Origin: Streptomyces sp. NPDC050315
GTDB taxonomy: Bacteria > Actinomycetota > Actinomycetes > Streptomycetales > Streptomycetaceae
NCBI RefSeq assembly: GCF_040655775.1
Contig: NZ_JBFAKN010000002.1
Span: 190,832 to 222,831, forward strand
DNA length: 32,000 nucleotides
Direction: 5' to 3'
Below the pieces are notes generated by a model, which was not told the DNA's origin, did no database searches, and saw nothing but the letters and a program-made list of their open reading frames with translations. The translations under genes were made by a program, and so were the position numbers. Below, in pieces: positions 14,203 through 21,574 of this stretch (position 1 is its first letter; each line of letters starts with the position of its first letter).

Positions 14203-14991
14203 TCAGAGGATGCCGCGGCCGACTCCGCCGCAGACGTCGATGCTGGTTCCGGTGATGTAGGAGGCGCGCGGCGAGAGGAGGGCCAGTACCGCGTAGGCGA
14301 CTTCCTCGGCGCGGCCGAGGCGGCCGAGGGCGATGCCGCGGTCGGCGGCCAGTTCGGCCTGCCACTCCTCGTAGGTGAGCCCGCTGTCGGCGGCGGCGTG
14401 CCGGCGTGTCCACTGTCCGGTGTCGATCAGCCCGAGGCATACGGAGTTGACGCGGATGCCGTCGGGGGCGAGTTCCCGGGCGAGGTTGGCGGAGAGGTTC
14501 AGGATGCCGGCGCGGGCGGCGCTGGTGGTGATGAGGCGGGGTTCGGGCTGCTTGGCCAGTACGGCGTTGATGTTGACGATGCCGGCGGCGTCGGAGGCGC
14601 GCAGGTGCGGAAGGGCGGCGTGCAGCGGGTTGAGTACGCCGGCGAACTTCAGCTCCAGTTCGTCGCGCCAGTCCTCCTCGGTGGTCTCCGCGAGGCGCTT
14701 CATACGGGACTGCCCGGCGTTGTTGACCAGGCCGTCCAGTGTGCCGAAGTGGTCGGCGGCGCGGGTCACGAAGTCGCGTACGGCGGTGGCGTCCCGCACG
14801 TCGCAGACGCCGGTCAGCAGCCGGTCGGTGCCTGCTCCGAGGCGGGCCGCGGCCTTGTCGAGGCGGTCGGCGTCGCGGCCGCAGGTGGCGACGCGTGCGC
14901 CTTCGTCCAGGAGGGCGCGGACCGTGGCCAGGCCGACGCCCGAGCTGCCGCCGGTGACCAGTACGGTGCGGTCGGCGAGGCCCAGGTCCAT
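14203..14991 (-). CDS. SDR-fold protein with a cofactor motif but a substituted catalytic triad (Ser/Tyr/Lys -> Ala/Thr/Arg)
   Basis: ATG 14989-14991 with GAAGGAA upstream. VLVTGGSSGVGLA (TGxxxGxG) and NNAG are present. The region IVNINAVLAKQPEPRLITTSAARAGILNL aligns to the classical ..S..(13)..YxxxK with A, T and R at the catalytic positions. The track start at 15258 overlaps the next gene. Confidence 0.8.
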   Translation of the reverse strand: MDLGLADRTVLVTGGSSGVGLATVRALLDEGARVATCGRDADRLDKAAARLGAGTDRLLTGVCDVRDATAVRDFVTRAADHFGTLDGLVNNAGQSRMKRLAETTEEDWRDELELKFAGVLNPLHAALPHLRASDAAGIVNINAVLAKQPEPRLITTSAARAGILNLSANLARELAPDGIRVNSVCLGLIDTGQWTRRHAAADSGLTYEEWQAELAADRGIALGRLGRAEEVAYAVLALLSPRASYITGTSIDVCGGVGRGIL

Positions 14992-15077
14992 GGGAGTTCC
15001 TTCGGTGGTGGTGAGCGGTACGGAGTGCCCGGGGAGGCCGGTGGTGGCCGCGCGGGCCGATGCGCCGGGCAGGTTGA

Positions 15078-15815
15078 TCAGTGCATGGTGAAGCCGCCGT
15101 TGACGGCGATCACCTGTCCCGTGAGGTAGCGGGATTCCTCGCCGAGCAGGAAGGCGACGACACCGGTGAGGTCGTCCGGCTGCTGGGTCCGGGAGATGGC
15201 CCGGTTGAGCCGGTAGAGCTCGTGGCGCTCCGCGGGGACGTTCTCGGTCGCCTCGCACTCGGTGATGCCGGGCGCGACGGCGTTGACGGTGATGCCGCGG
15301 TCTCCCAGCTCACGGGCCATCGCACGGGTGAGGGCGATGACGGCCCCCTTGGAGGCGATGTAGTGGGCCAGCCGCGGGGAACCGTACAGAGCGGCGTCCG
15401 ACGCGAGGTTGACGATGCGGCCGCTGCCCCCGGCGAGAAGCTGGGGCAGCAGGGCGCGGGCGACGAGCCACGGACCGCGGGCGTTGACCGTCATGATCCG
15501 GTCCCAGGCGTCGATGCCGATGTCCTGGAACTCCTTGCCGCCCACGCCGTTGGCGAGGCCGGCGTTGTTGACCACGCCGTGCAGCGGCCCCAGCTCGGCG
15601 ACCCGCTCCGCCATCGCCGCGACCGAATCCGGGTCGGCGACGTCGCACGGGACGAAGTGAGCGTCGCGGCCCTCGGCGCGCAGCTCGTCGGCCACCCGCG
15701 TGCCCCGCTCGGCGTCGAGTTCGGCGAGCACGACGCGGTGTCCGTCCGCGGCGGCCCGGCGGGCCATGGCCTCCCCCAGGCCACGGCCGGCGCCGGTGAT
15801 GACGACGGTGCGCAT
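15078..15815 (-). CDS. Classical SDR family oxidoreductase
   Basis: VVITGAGRGLGEA, NNAG, NLASDAALYGSPRLAHYIASKGAV (Ser...YxxxK intact). The ATG overlaps the cupin stop (TGATG at 15813-15817). Confidence 0.88.
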   Translation of the reverse strand: MRTVVITGAGRGLGEAMARRAAADGHRVVLAELDAERGTRVADELRAEGRDAHFVPCDVADPDSVAAMAERVAELGPLHGVVNNAGLANGVGGKEFQDIGIDAWDRIMTVNARGPWLVARALLPQLLAGGSGRIVNLASDAALYGSPRLAHYIASKGAVIALTRAMARELGDRGITVNAVAPGITECEATENVPAERHELYRLNRAISRTQQPDDLTGVVAFLLGEESRYLTGQVIAVNGGFTMH

Positions 15816-16336
15816 CAGTCGCGGGTGACGCCGTGCATCGGCGAGTGCTCGGGGTAGGTGGGGACCTGCGGCTTCTGCGTGCCGATGACGACGCAGAAGA
15901 GGGCGTCGGTGTCGCCCTCGTTCTTGAGGGACCGGGCCACACCGGCCGGCACGACGATCATGTCGCGGTACCCGAGCGTGCGGTACTCGACCTCGTCCTT
16001 GCCGCGGTGGATACCGACCCTGACCTGGCCCTCCAGGACGAAGAACGCCTCTTCGACGTCGTGGTGGGTGTGCTCGGGGCCCTCGGCGCCGGGCGGCAGC
16101 AGCATGTTGGAGAAGGTGAAGCCGCCGGACGGCAGGACGCGGTTGTCGCCCTCGTGGTTACCGGTGGCGCCGGAGCCGACGTACCGGATCTGGGCACGGC
16201 GGTACTGGTCACCGGCCTTGGCCTGGAAGGCCAGGGTGTTCCAGTCGGGCTCGCGGGAGTCCTTGGTGGCGATCAGGGAGTCGGTGTAGCGGGCGAGGTC
16301 GCCGCCGTTGTCGTAGTCGGTGGTGGTGATGGGCAT
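15815..16336 (-). CDS. Cupin domain protein (173 aa)
   Basis: AAGGAAG RBS upstream of ATG 16334-16336. Cupin metal motif GPEHTHHDVEEAFFVLEG ... VPAGVARSLKNEG. The track start at 16450 runs into the hydrolase gene. Confidence 0.8.
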   Translation of the reverse strand: MPITTTDYDNGGDLARYTDSLIATKDSREPDWNTLAFQAKAGDQYRRAQIRYVGSGATGNHEGDNRVLPSGGFTFSNMLLPPGAEGPEHTHHDVEEAFFVLEGQVRVGIHRGKDEVEYRTLGYRDMIVVPAGVARSLKNEGDTDALFCVVIGTQKPQVPTYPEHSPMHGVTRD

Positions 16337-16385
16337 GGCTACAACTTCCTTTTGTCGTACTAATGGGCGGGGCTGTGGACAGTCC

Positions 16386-17279
16386 TCAGCCGGCTTCGGC
16401 GATTCCTGCTGAAATTCGGAGGTGGGCGAGAACCCACGCGTCGAAGGCATCGGGCTGTTCCTGGTTCGCGAGGTGACCGGCGTCCTTGACGATCACGTAC
16501 ACGGAGGAATGGAGGCCTGCTGTGAGCGTCTGGCTCGCTTCGATACCGGTGACCCGGTCCTGGTCACCGCAGAGCACCAACGTGGGCGCCACGACGGCGG
16601 CGAGGTCGGCGATACGCAGATCGGTGGCGGCCATCGACTCGGCGGCGTAGCGGTAGCCGGGCAGCCGCACGGAGCGCGCCATGGTTTCGGTGACGCGCTG
16701 GACGAGAGCGTCGGGAGCGGCGTCGGAGACCAGGCGGGGGCCGCGCCGTTCGGCGAAGGCGCGGGGGCCGGCTTCGGCCAGCTCGTCGGCCCGCGCCCGC
16801 ATCGCTTCCGCCTTCGCCGGGTCGGTCCCCGAGCCGGCGCTGGAATCGGCCACGATCAGAGAGGAGACGAGTTCGGGGTGGCGGGTGGCGAGCCGCACGG
16901 CGATGACGCCACCCCAGGAGACCCCGAGCACATGAGCGCGGCCGCCACGCTGCCGGATGAGGGCTGCGGCGGTATCGGCGAAGTCGTCGAGCGTGAACGG
17001 ACCTGCCGGGTCGGCGGACTTGGCGTAGCCCGGCGCGTCCCAGGCCACCACGCGCACGTACCGGCTCAGCGTGGCGAGCTGCGGCGCGAACGCGGCGGAG
17101 GAGGACCCGATCCCGTGCAGACACAGCAGTACAGGACCACTGTCGCCGGCTTCCTCGACGTACAGCCCGGCGAGATCGTAAGGAGACGACATGGAAGGAA
17201 CGGACGCCCCGATGGCCTCAGACGAAGTGGGGGACGCGGACGAGGAAGGGAGAGTGCGATGAGCGGTACGGCCGGTCAT
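16386..17279 (-). CDS. Alpha/beta-fold hydrolase (meta-cleavage-product hydrolase / enol-lactonase-like)
   Basis: LLCLHGIGSS, nucleophile elbow GVSWG, Asp in CGDQDRV, His in DAGHLANQEQP. ATG 17277-17279 overlaps the upstream stop (ATGA), which favours this start. An alternative ATG at 17192 (MSSPYDLAG) would remove a Ser-rich 29-aa leader. Confidence 0.82.
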   Translation of the reverse strand: MTGRTAHRTLPSSSASPTSSEAIGASVPSMSSPYDLAGLYVEEAGDSGPVLLCLHGIGSSSAAFAPQLATLSRYVRVVAWDAPGYAKSADPAGPFTLDDFADTAAALIRQRGGRAHVLGVSWGGVIAVRLATRHPELVSSLIVADSSAGSGTDPAKAEAMRARADELAEAGPRAFAERRGPRLVSDAAPDALVQRVTETMARSVRLPGYRYAAESMAATDLRIADLAAVVAPTLVLCGDQDRVTGIEASQTLTAGLHSSVYVIVKDAGHLANQEQPDAFDAWVLAHLRISAGIAEAG

Positions 17280-18280
17280 AGGATCTGCCCCCTCCGCCCG
17301 GCGAGGGCGCCGAGGCTGCGCAGTACCGCGTACGGCACGACCTGGCTGGTGGCGGGGTTGCCGGGGTCGGGGAGGTGCTGCACTTCGAAGCGGTAGACAC
17401 CGTGACTGCCGGACGCCTCGATGACGTGCCGAGTGTGCTGGGCCGCCGGGTCGGCGACGACATGGACGCGTACGGCATCCAGGTCGCCGACGGCCAACGC
17501 GACGGAGGCGGCGACGTTGGTGGACTTCGGGAACTTCACCGGCACGTCGCGGGCGGTGCCGCGCATGACCTCGACCGGTCCGGTGGCCGTGCGCATCCGG
17601 TGCAGCAAGTCCTCGTCCATCCAGGGCTGTTCGAGGGTGCTGGGCAGCTTGGTGGTGGTGAGGGTGACGTCGGTGAGCCGGCCGAGGGAGCGTACGGCCT
17701 GCAGCAGGTCCAGGCCGCCGACGGCACCGCCGGTGAAGTACACACGCCCCGGGCCGGCGGCGAGGAGAGCGGAGGTGAGGTCCTCATCGGTGAGCGCACC
17801 GGTGGAGGCGATGAGGAGGTCGGTACCGGAGCGCAGGACTCGTTCGCCCCACTCGCGGACGACGCTCTGGCCCGCCGCTTCGACGATGAGGTCGCACTGG
17901 TCGAGGGCGTCCTCGAAGGAGAGCTGAGGTACGGGGGCATCGCCGAGAGCACGGTTGTCGATGATGCAGATCAGCTCGGCGCCGGGGACGTTCCCCTCGG
18001 CGAGCGCGGTGCCCACGACGCGGCCGATGGCGCCCCAGCCGACGAGGCCAACCTTGCGGGTGGTGGGGGGCGTGGCGGGTGCCGGCGAGGCGGTGCGTGC
18101 TGTGGTTGTCGGAGGGAGGGTTGCCGAGGGGGCGGTCGGCGTAGTGGTCGAAGCGTTCGCCGAGGGAGCAGTTGACGTGGTGGTCGAAGAGTTCGCCGAG
18201 GAGGTCGTGGCTGTGGTTGCCGAGGGGAGAGTCGACGTGGTGGTCGACGTCGGGTTGTGCGTGGTGGTCGGGCGTGTCAT
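17276..18280 (-). CDS. Aspartate dehydrogenase-fold (NadX/DUF108-like) NAD(P)-binding protein with a ~78-aa Thr/Ser-rich N-terminal extension
   Basis: Rossmann start KVGLVGWGAIGRVVG, and the C-terminal NPATSQVVPYAVLRSL typical of AspDH-domain proteins. ATG 18278-18280 overlaps the dioxygenase stop (ATGA). There is no in-frame ATG/GTG/TTG between it and the Rossmann fold. Confidence 0.8.
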   Translation of the reverse strand: MTRPTTTHNPTSTTTSTLPSATTATTSSANSSTTTSTAPSANASTTTPTAPSATLPPTTTARTASPAPATPPTTRKVGLVGWGAIGRVVGTALAEGNVPGAELICIIDNRALGDAPVPQLSFEDALDQCDLIVEAAGQSVVREWGERVLRSGTDLLIASTGALTDEDLTSALLAAGPGRVYFTGGAVGGLDLLQAVRSLGRLTDVTLTTTKLPSTLEQPWMDEDLLHRMRTATGPVEVMRGTARDVPVKFPKSTNVAASVALAVGDLDAVRVHVVADPAAQHTRHVIEASGSHGVYRFEVQHLPDPGNPATSQVVPYAVLRSLGALAGRRGQIL

Positions 18281-19236
18281 GCGGGGATCTCCTGGGGGGC
18301 CGGCTGGGTGAGGGGGCCGGGGTCGGGGTGACCGGCCATGTGGGAGCGGATCTCCTGTGACGGGGGGCCTGCGGTGCCCCACAGGTCGGACAGCTCCGGT
18401 ACCCGGCGCCAGACGCGGGCGATCCAGGCGTCCTCGACGATCTGGGCGACCTCGGAGGTGTATTCGCAGACGAGACCGGAAGGGTCGGTGAAGTAGGAAA
18501 AGGTGTTGTTACCGGGTCCGTGTCGCCCCGGCCCCCACTGAGGGTTGATGCCGTGGTGGCGCAGCCGGCCCAGACCGCGCATGAAGTGGTCGACCGAGCT
18601 CATCTCGTACGCGACGTGGTTGAGGGAGGCCCATTCGGCCTGGTTGAAGGCGATGCAGTGGTGGTCCGCGTTGCAGCGCAGGAACGCCATCTGGTGTTCC
18701 GACCAGTCCGAGACCCGCAGGCCCAGGACATCGCAGTAGAAGGCGACGGCGGCGTCGATGTCGGTGGTGTTGAGGACGGCATGGGTGACGCCGACCGGGA
18801 CGGCGCCGTCGCGCCCCCGCGGGGCGACGGCCTCGACCTGGGCGCTGATCTCGATGAGCCGGTGCTCGGGGTCGGTGAAGCGGAGGCCGTAGCCACCGCC
18901 GACCTGGTCCAGCGGGCCGGGGCCGGTGACGGGCGTGATGCCGCGGGCGAGCAGTCGGCGGGCGGCTTCGTCGACCTCCGCGGGGGTGGCGACGGCGAAG
19001 GCGATCCGGCCGAGTCCGGTGCGGTCGGCGCGGGTCAGCTGGAGGACGTGGTGCTCGTCGCCCGTGCCGCGCAGCCAGCGTGCGCCCCGGTCACCCTCGA
19101 CGGCCTCCAGGCCCCAGACCTCCTGGTAGAAGTCGGCGGCTTCGGTGAAGGCGGGGGTGAACAGTTCGACGCACCGCAGGGAGCGCAGACGCGCAATGGG
19201 CTGCTGGGGCGGAGGCTGGTGCGGGGTACGGGACAT
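18277..19236 (-). CDS. Two-domain type I extradiol ring-cleavage dioxygenase (VOC superfamily, catechol 2,3-dioxygenase / BphC-like)
   Basis: GGAG lies 6 nt upstream of ATG 19234-19236. Metal ligands in VTHAVLN, LNHVAYE and LVCEYTSE, plus HHCIAF and FSYFTDP catalytic His/Tyr contexts. Confidence 0.85.
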   Translation of the reverse strand: MSRTPHQPPPQQPIARLRSLRCVELFTPAFTEAADFYQEVWGLEAVEGDRGARWLRGTGDEHHVLQLTRADRTGLGRIAFAVATPAEVDEAARRLLARGITPVTGPGPLDQVGGGYGLRFTDPEHRLIEISAQVEAVAPRGRDGAVPVGVTHAVLNTTDIDAAVAFYCDVLGLRVSDWSEHQMAFLRCNADHHCIAFNQAEWASLNHVAYEMSSVDHFMRGLGRLRHHGINPQWGPGRHGPGNNTFSYFTDPSGLVCEYTSEVAQIVEDAWIARVWRRVPELSDLWGTAGPPSQEIRSHMAGHPDPGPLTQPAPQEIPA

Positions 19237-19612
19237 CGCTGTCTCCAGTCGTACGGGGGGCGATGGGGCGGGGCGGTGGTGGGCTGATGGGGCGGGGGGG
19301 GGCGGTGGTGGGTTGGTGGCCGGTGGTGGGAGGTGGAGGCGGAGGGGGTGGGGGGGCGGGGGGCGGGGCCCCCGAAGGGGCGCGGGCGGACTCCGGCGGG
19401 TTGCGGGGCGGTGGTGGGTTGGTGGGGCGGTGGTGGGCTGGTGGTGGAGGCGGAGGAGGGCGGAGGGGGCGGGGCGGGCCCCCAGATCGGCTGCGGGGCG
19501 GGGCTCCGGGGCAGGGCCCCAATCTGCTGCGGGGCGGGGCTCCGAAGCGGGCCTCCCAAGGAACGGGTCAGCCGGAGCAGGCGGCTCAGGCGGACCAGGT
19601 AGGCCGGGCCGG
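19237..19612. repeat. 376-nt intra-operon spacer made of G-tracts (plus strand) with nested direct repeats
   Basis: About 30 runs of >=3 G within ~300 nt by my count. The exact 21-mer GGGGCGGTGGTGGGTTGGTGG occurs at 19299-19319 and 19405-19425. The exact 17-mer CTGCGGGGCGGGGCTCC occurs at 19491-19507 and 19527-19543. On the sense (minus) strand, a C(UUCG)G tetraloop hairpin maps to 19368-19381. Confidence 0.9.
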
Positions 19613-21508
19613 TCAAGTGGCCCAGGGGAGGGGGCTGGATGAGGTGTTCCAGTAGAGGGACTTTTGGCGTTGGTGGGCGCGGATGCCGTCGCGGCCCTTT
19701 TCGCGGCCGAGGCCGCTGTCCTTCATGCCGCCGAAGGGGGTGGAGATGCTGAATTGCTTGTAGGTGTTGATCCAGACGGTTCCGGCGTCGATGCGGCGGG
19801 CGAGGCGCCAGGCGCGGGCGGCGTCCTTGGTCCACAGGCCGCAGGCCAGTCCGTAGACGGAGTCGTTGGCCTGGGTGACCAGGTCGTCCTCGTCGTCGAA
19901 GGGCAGGGCGACCAGGACCGGGCCGAAGATCTCTTCCTGGCAGGTGCGGGCGGAGTTCGGCAGGCCGTCGAGGATCGTGGGCAGGTAGTACGCGCCGTCG
20001 CGGTACTGCTCACCGTCCGGTACCGCGCCGCCGCACAGGACGCGGGCGCCTTCCTCGCGGGCGAGGTCGACGTACGCGGCGACGGCGTCCCGGTGCTTGT
20101 GGTGGACCAGGGGGGCGACCTGGGTGCTGGGGTCAGTGCCGGGGCCGATGCGGAGTTTGCGTGTACGGGCGACGAGTTCGGTGAGGAAGTGGTCGTACAG
20201 GGAGCGGGCGATGAAGAGGCGGGAGCCGGCGATGCAGCTCTGGCCGCTGGAGGAGAAGATGCCGAACATCACGCCGGCCAGGGCCTGTTCGACGTCGGCG
20301 TCTTCGAGGACGACGGTGGGTGACTTGCCGCCGAGTTCGAGGGAGACCGGCATCATCTTGTCGGCGGCGGCGTGCGCGAGGGTGCGGCCGGTGCGGGTAC
20401 CGCCGGTGAAGGTGACCTTGCCGACCGCCGGGTGGCGGACGATCGCATCGCCGATGACGCGGCCGGGTCCGGGGAGTACGGAGAGCAGGGCCGTGGGCAG
20501 GTCGTACTCGGTCAGCGCGCGGTGGAGGATGCGGCCGAGGGCGAGGGAGACCAGCGGGGTCCATTCGGCGGGCTTGAGGAGTACGGCGTTGCCGGCGGCC
20601 AGGGCCGGGGCGAGTTTCTGGGCGTCGCTGGCGATGGGCGAGTTCCAGGGGGTGATGGCGCCGATGACGCCGATCGGTTCGTGGACGCTCATCGTGACGT
20701 ACGGGCCGCGGGCGGGGGTGAGGGCGTCCTCGGCGGTCTCCAGGGCGGCGGCGGTGTAGCGGAAGGTGCCGGCGGCGCTGTGGACCAGGGCGCGTGTCTC
20801 GGTACGGGCCTTGCCGGTGTCGGCGGTCTGCAGGGCGGAGAGTTCTTCGGCCGCGTCTTCGATGAGGGCGGCGATGCGGTGCAGCAGGCGGGCGCGTTCG
20901 TGTGCGGGCAGGTCGCGCCAGGCCGGGTCGGCGGCGGCCCGCGCGGCGTGTTCGGCGGCTTCGTCGACGTCGGCGAGCGAAGCGCCGCGGAGGACGGTGA
21001 GGACCTGGCCGGTCGCCGGGTCGGTGGTGGTGATCGGAGCACCGCGCCCCGGCCGCCAGGCCCCGGCCGCGAGGATCTCGTCGGCCGGGAGGATGTACGT
21101 GGGGGACGTGGATGCGGAGGCCGTGTCTACGGCCGCCACATTCACGGTCGCCGCGTCCGCGGTGGTCGCGTCCGCGGTGGTCGCGTCCACGGCAGCCGCC
21201 GCCACGGAGCTCGCGTCCACGGGGGACGCCCCCACAGCGGCCGCGTCCCCGGGCATAGACGACGGAGCGGCAGCCCCGGTCGCCGCCGAAGCCCCGGCCG
21301 ACGCGGAAGACCCCGGCGGCACCGAAGCCCCGGACGACGCGGAGATCCCGGACGACACGGAGGACTCGGACGCGGCGGAGGGCGCGGACGGCCCGGACGG
21401 CGCGGCGGGCCCCGCCGGCGTGGGCGGGATCGGGGGTTTGGGGGTCGAAGACATCGGTGGTTCCCCAGACATCGGTCGGTTCGCGGACATCGGCGAGTGG
21501 ATGGGCAC
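19613..21508 (-). CDS. NAD(P)+-dependent aldehyde dehydrogenase with a ~140-aa Ala/Ser/Thr/Pro-rich N-terminal extension (start uncertain)
   Basis: Core motifs VSLELGGKSPTVV, FSSSGQSCIAGSRLF (catalytic Cys), EEIFGPV, WINTY. The conserved domain begins near 21090 (ILPADEILAAG). Candidate starts are GTG 21508 and ATG 21490, 21472, 21454 and 21256; none has a convincing SD. Confidence 0.8.
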   Translation of the reverse strand: MPIHSPMSANRPMSGEPPMSSTPKPPIPPTPAGPAAPSGPSAPSAASESSVSSGISASSGASVPPGSSASAGASAATGAAAPSSMPGDAAAVGASPVDASSVAAAAVDATTADATTADAATVNVAAVDTASASTSPTYILPADEILAAGAWRPGRGAPITTTDPATGQVLTVLRGASLADVDEAAEHAARAAADPAWRDLPAHERARLLHRIAALIEDAAEELSALQTADTGKARTETRALVHSAAGTFRYTAAALETAEDALTPARGPYVTMSVHEPIGVIGAITPWNSPIASDAQKLAPALAAGNAVLLKPAEWTPLVSLALGRILHRALTEYDLPTALLSVLPGPGRVIGDAIVRHPAVGKVTFTGGTRTGRTLAHAAADKMMPVSLELGGKSPTVVLEDADVEQALAGVMFGIFSSSGQSCIAGSRLFIARSLYDHFLTELVARTRKLRIGPGTDPSTQVAPLVHHKHRDAVAAYVDLAREEGARVLCGGAVPDGEQYRDGAYYLPTILDGLPNSARTCQEEIFGPVLVALPFDDEDDLVTQANDSVYGLACGLWTKDAARAWRLARRIDAGTVWINTYKQFSISTPFGGMKDSGLGREKGRDGIRAHQRQKSLYWNTSSSPLPWAT

Positions 21509-21574
21509 GGGGGGCGGATGCGGGAGGTTTACGTACGGTCACGGAGCTGAACGAGCGCGGACGGCCCGGAGCCC

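Noticed and set aside
19237-19612. Could the repeated G-rich spacer be a CRISPR array or a mobile element remnant?
   Set aside because: There are no regularly spaced 28-37 nt repeats with unique spacers and no cas genes. There are no terminal inverted repeats, target-site duplication or transposase. The repeats are short, nested and low complexity.
19035-19835. Pro-rich ORFs (266 aa at 19035-19835 and 143 aa at 19091-19522, minus strand) running through the G-tract spacer
   Set aside because: The sense strand is so C-rich that stop codons cannot occur. Both ORFs overlap the dioxygenase and/or ALDH genes out of frame. The 143-aa ORF relies on a TTG with no SD. I also checked readthrough of the ALDH stop, and two further in-frame TGA codons follow within 15 codons.
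21091-21508. ALDH N-terminal extension as a microcompartment or encapsulin targeting peptide
   Set aside because: BMC-associated ALDHs carry short amphipathic N-terminal helices. This tract is Ala/Ser/Thr/Pro low complexity with no evident amphipathic helix, and no shell-protein or encapsulin genes occur in the window.
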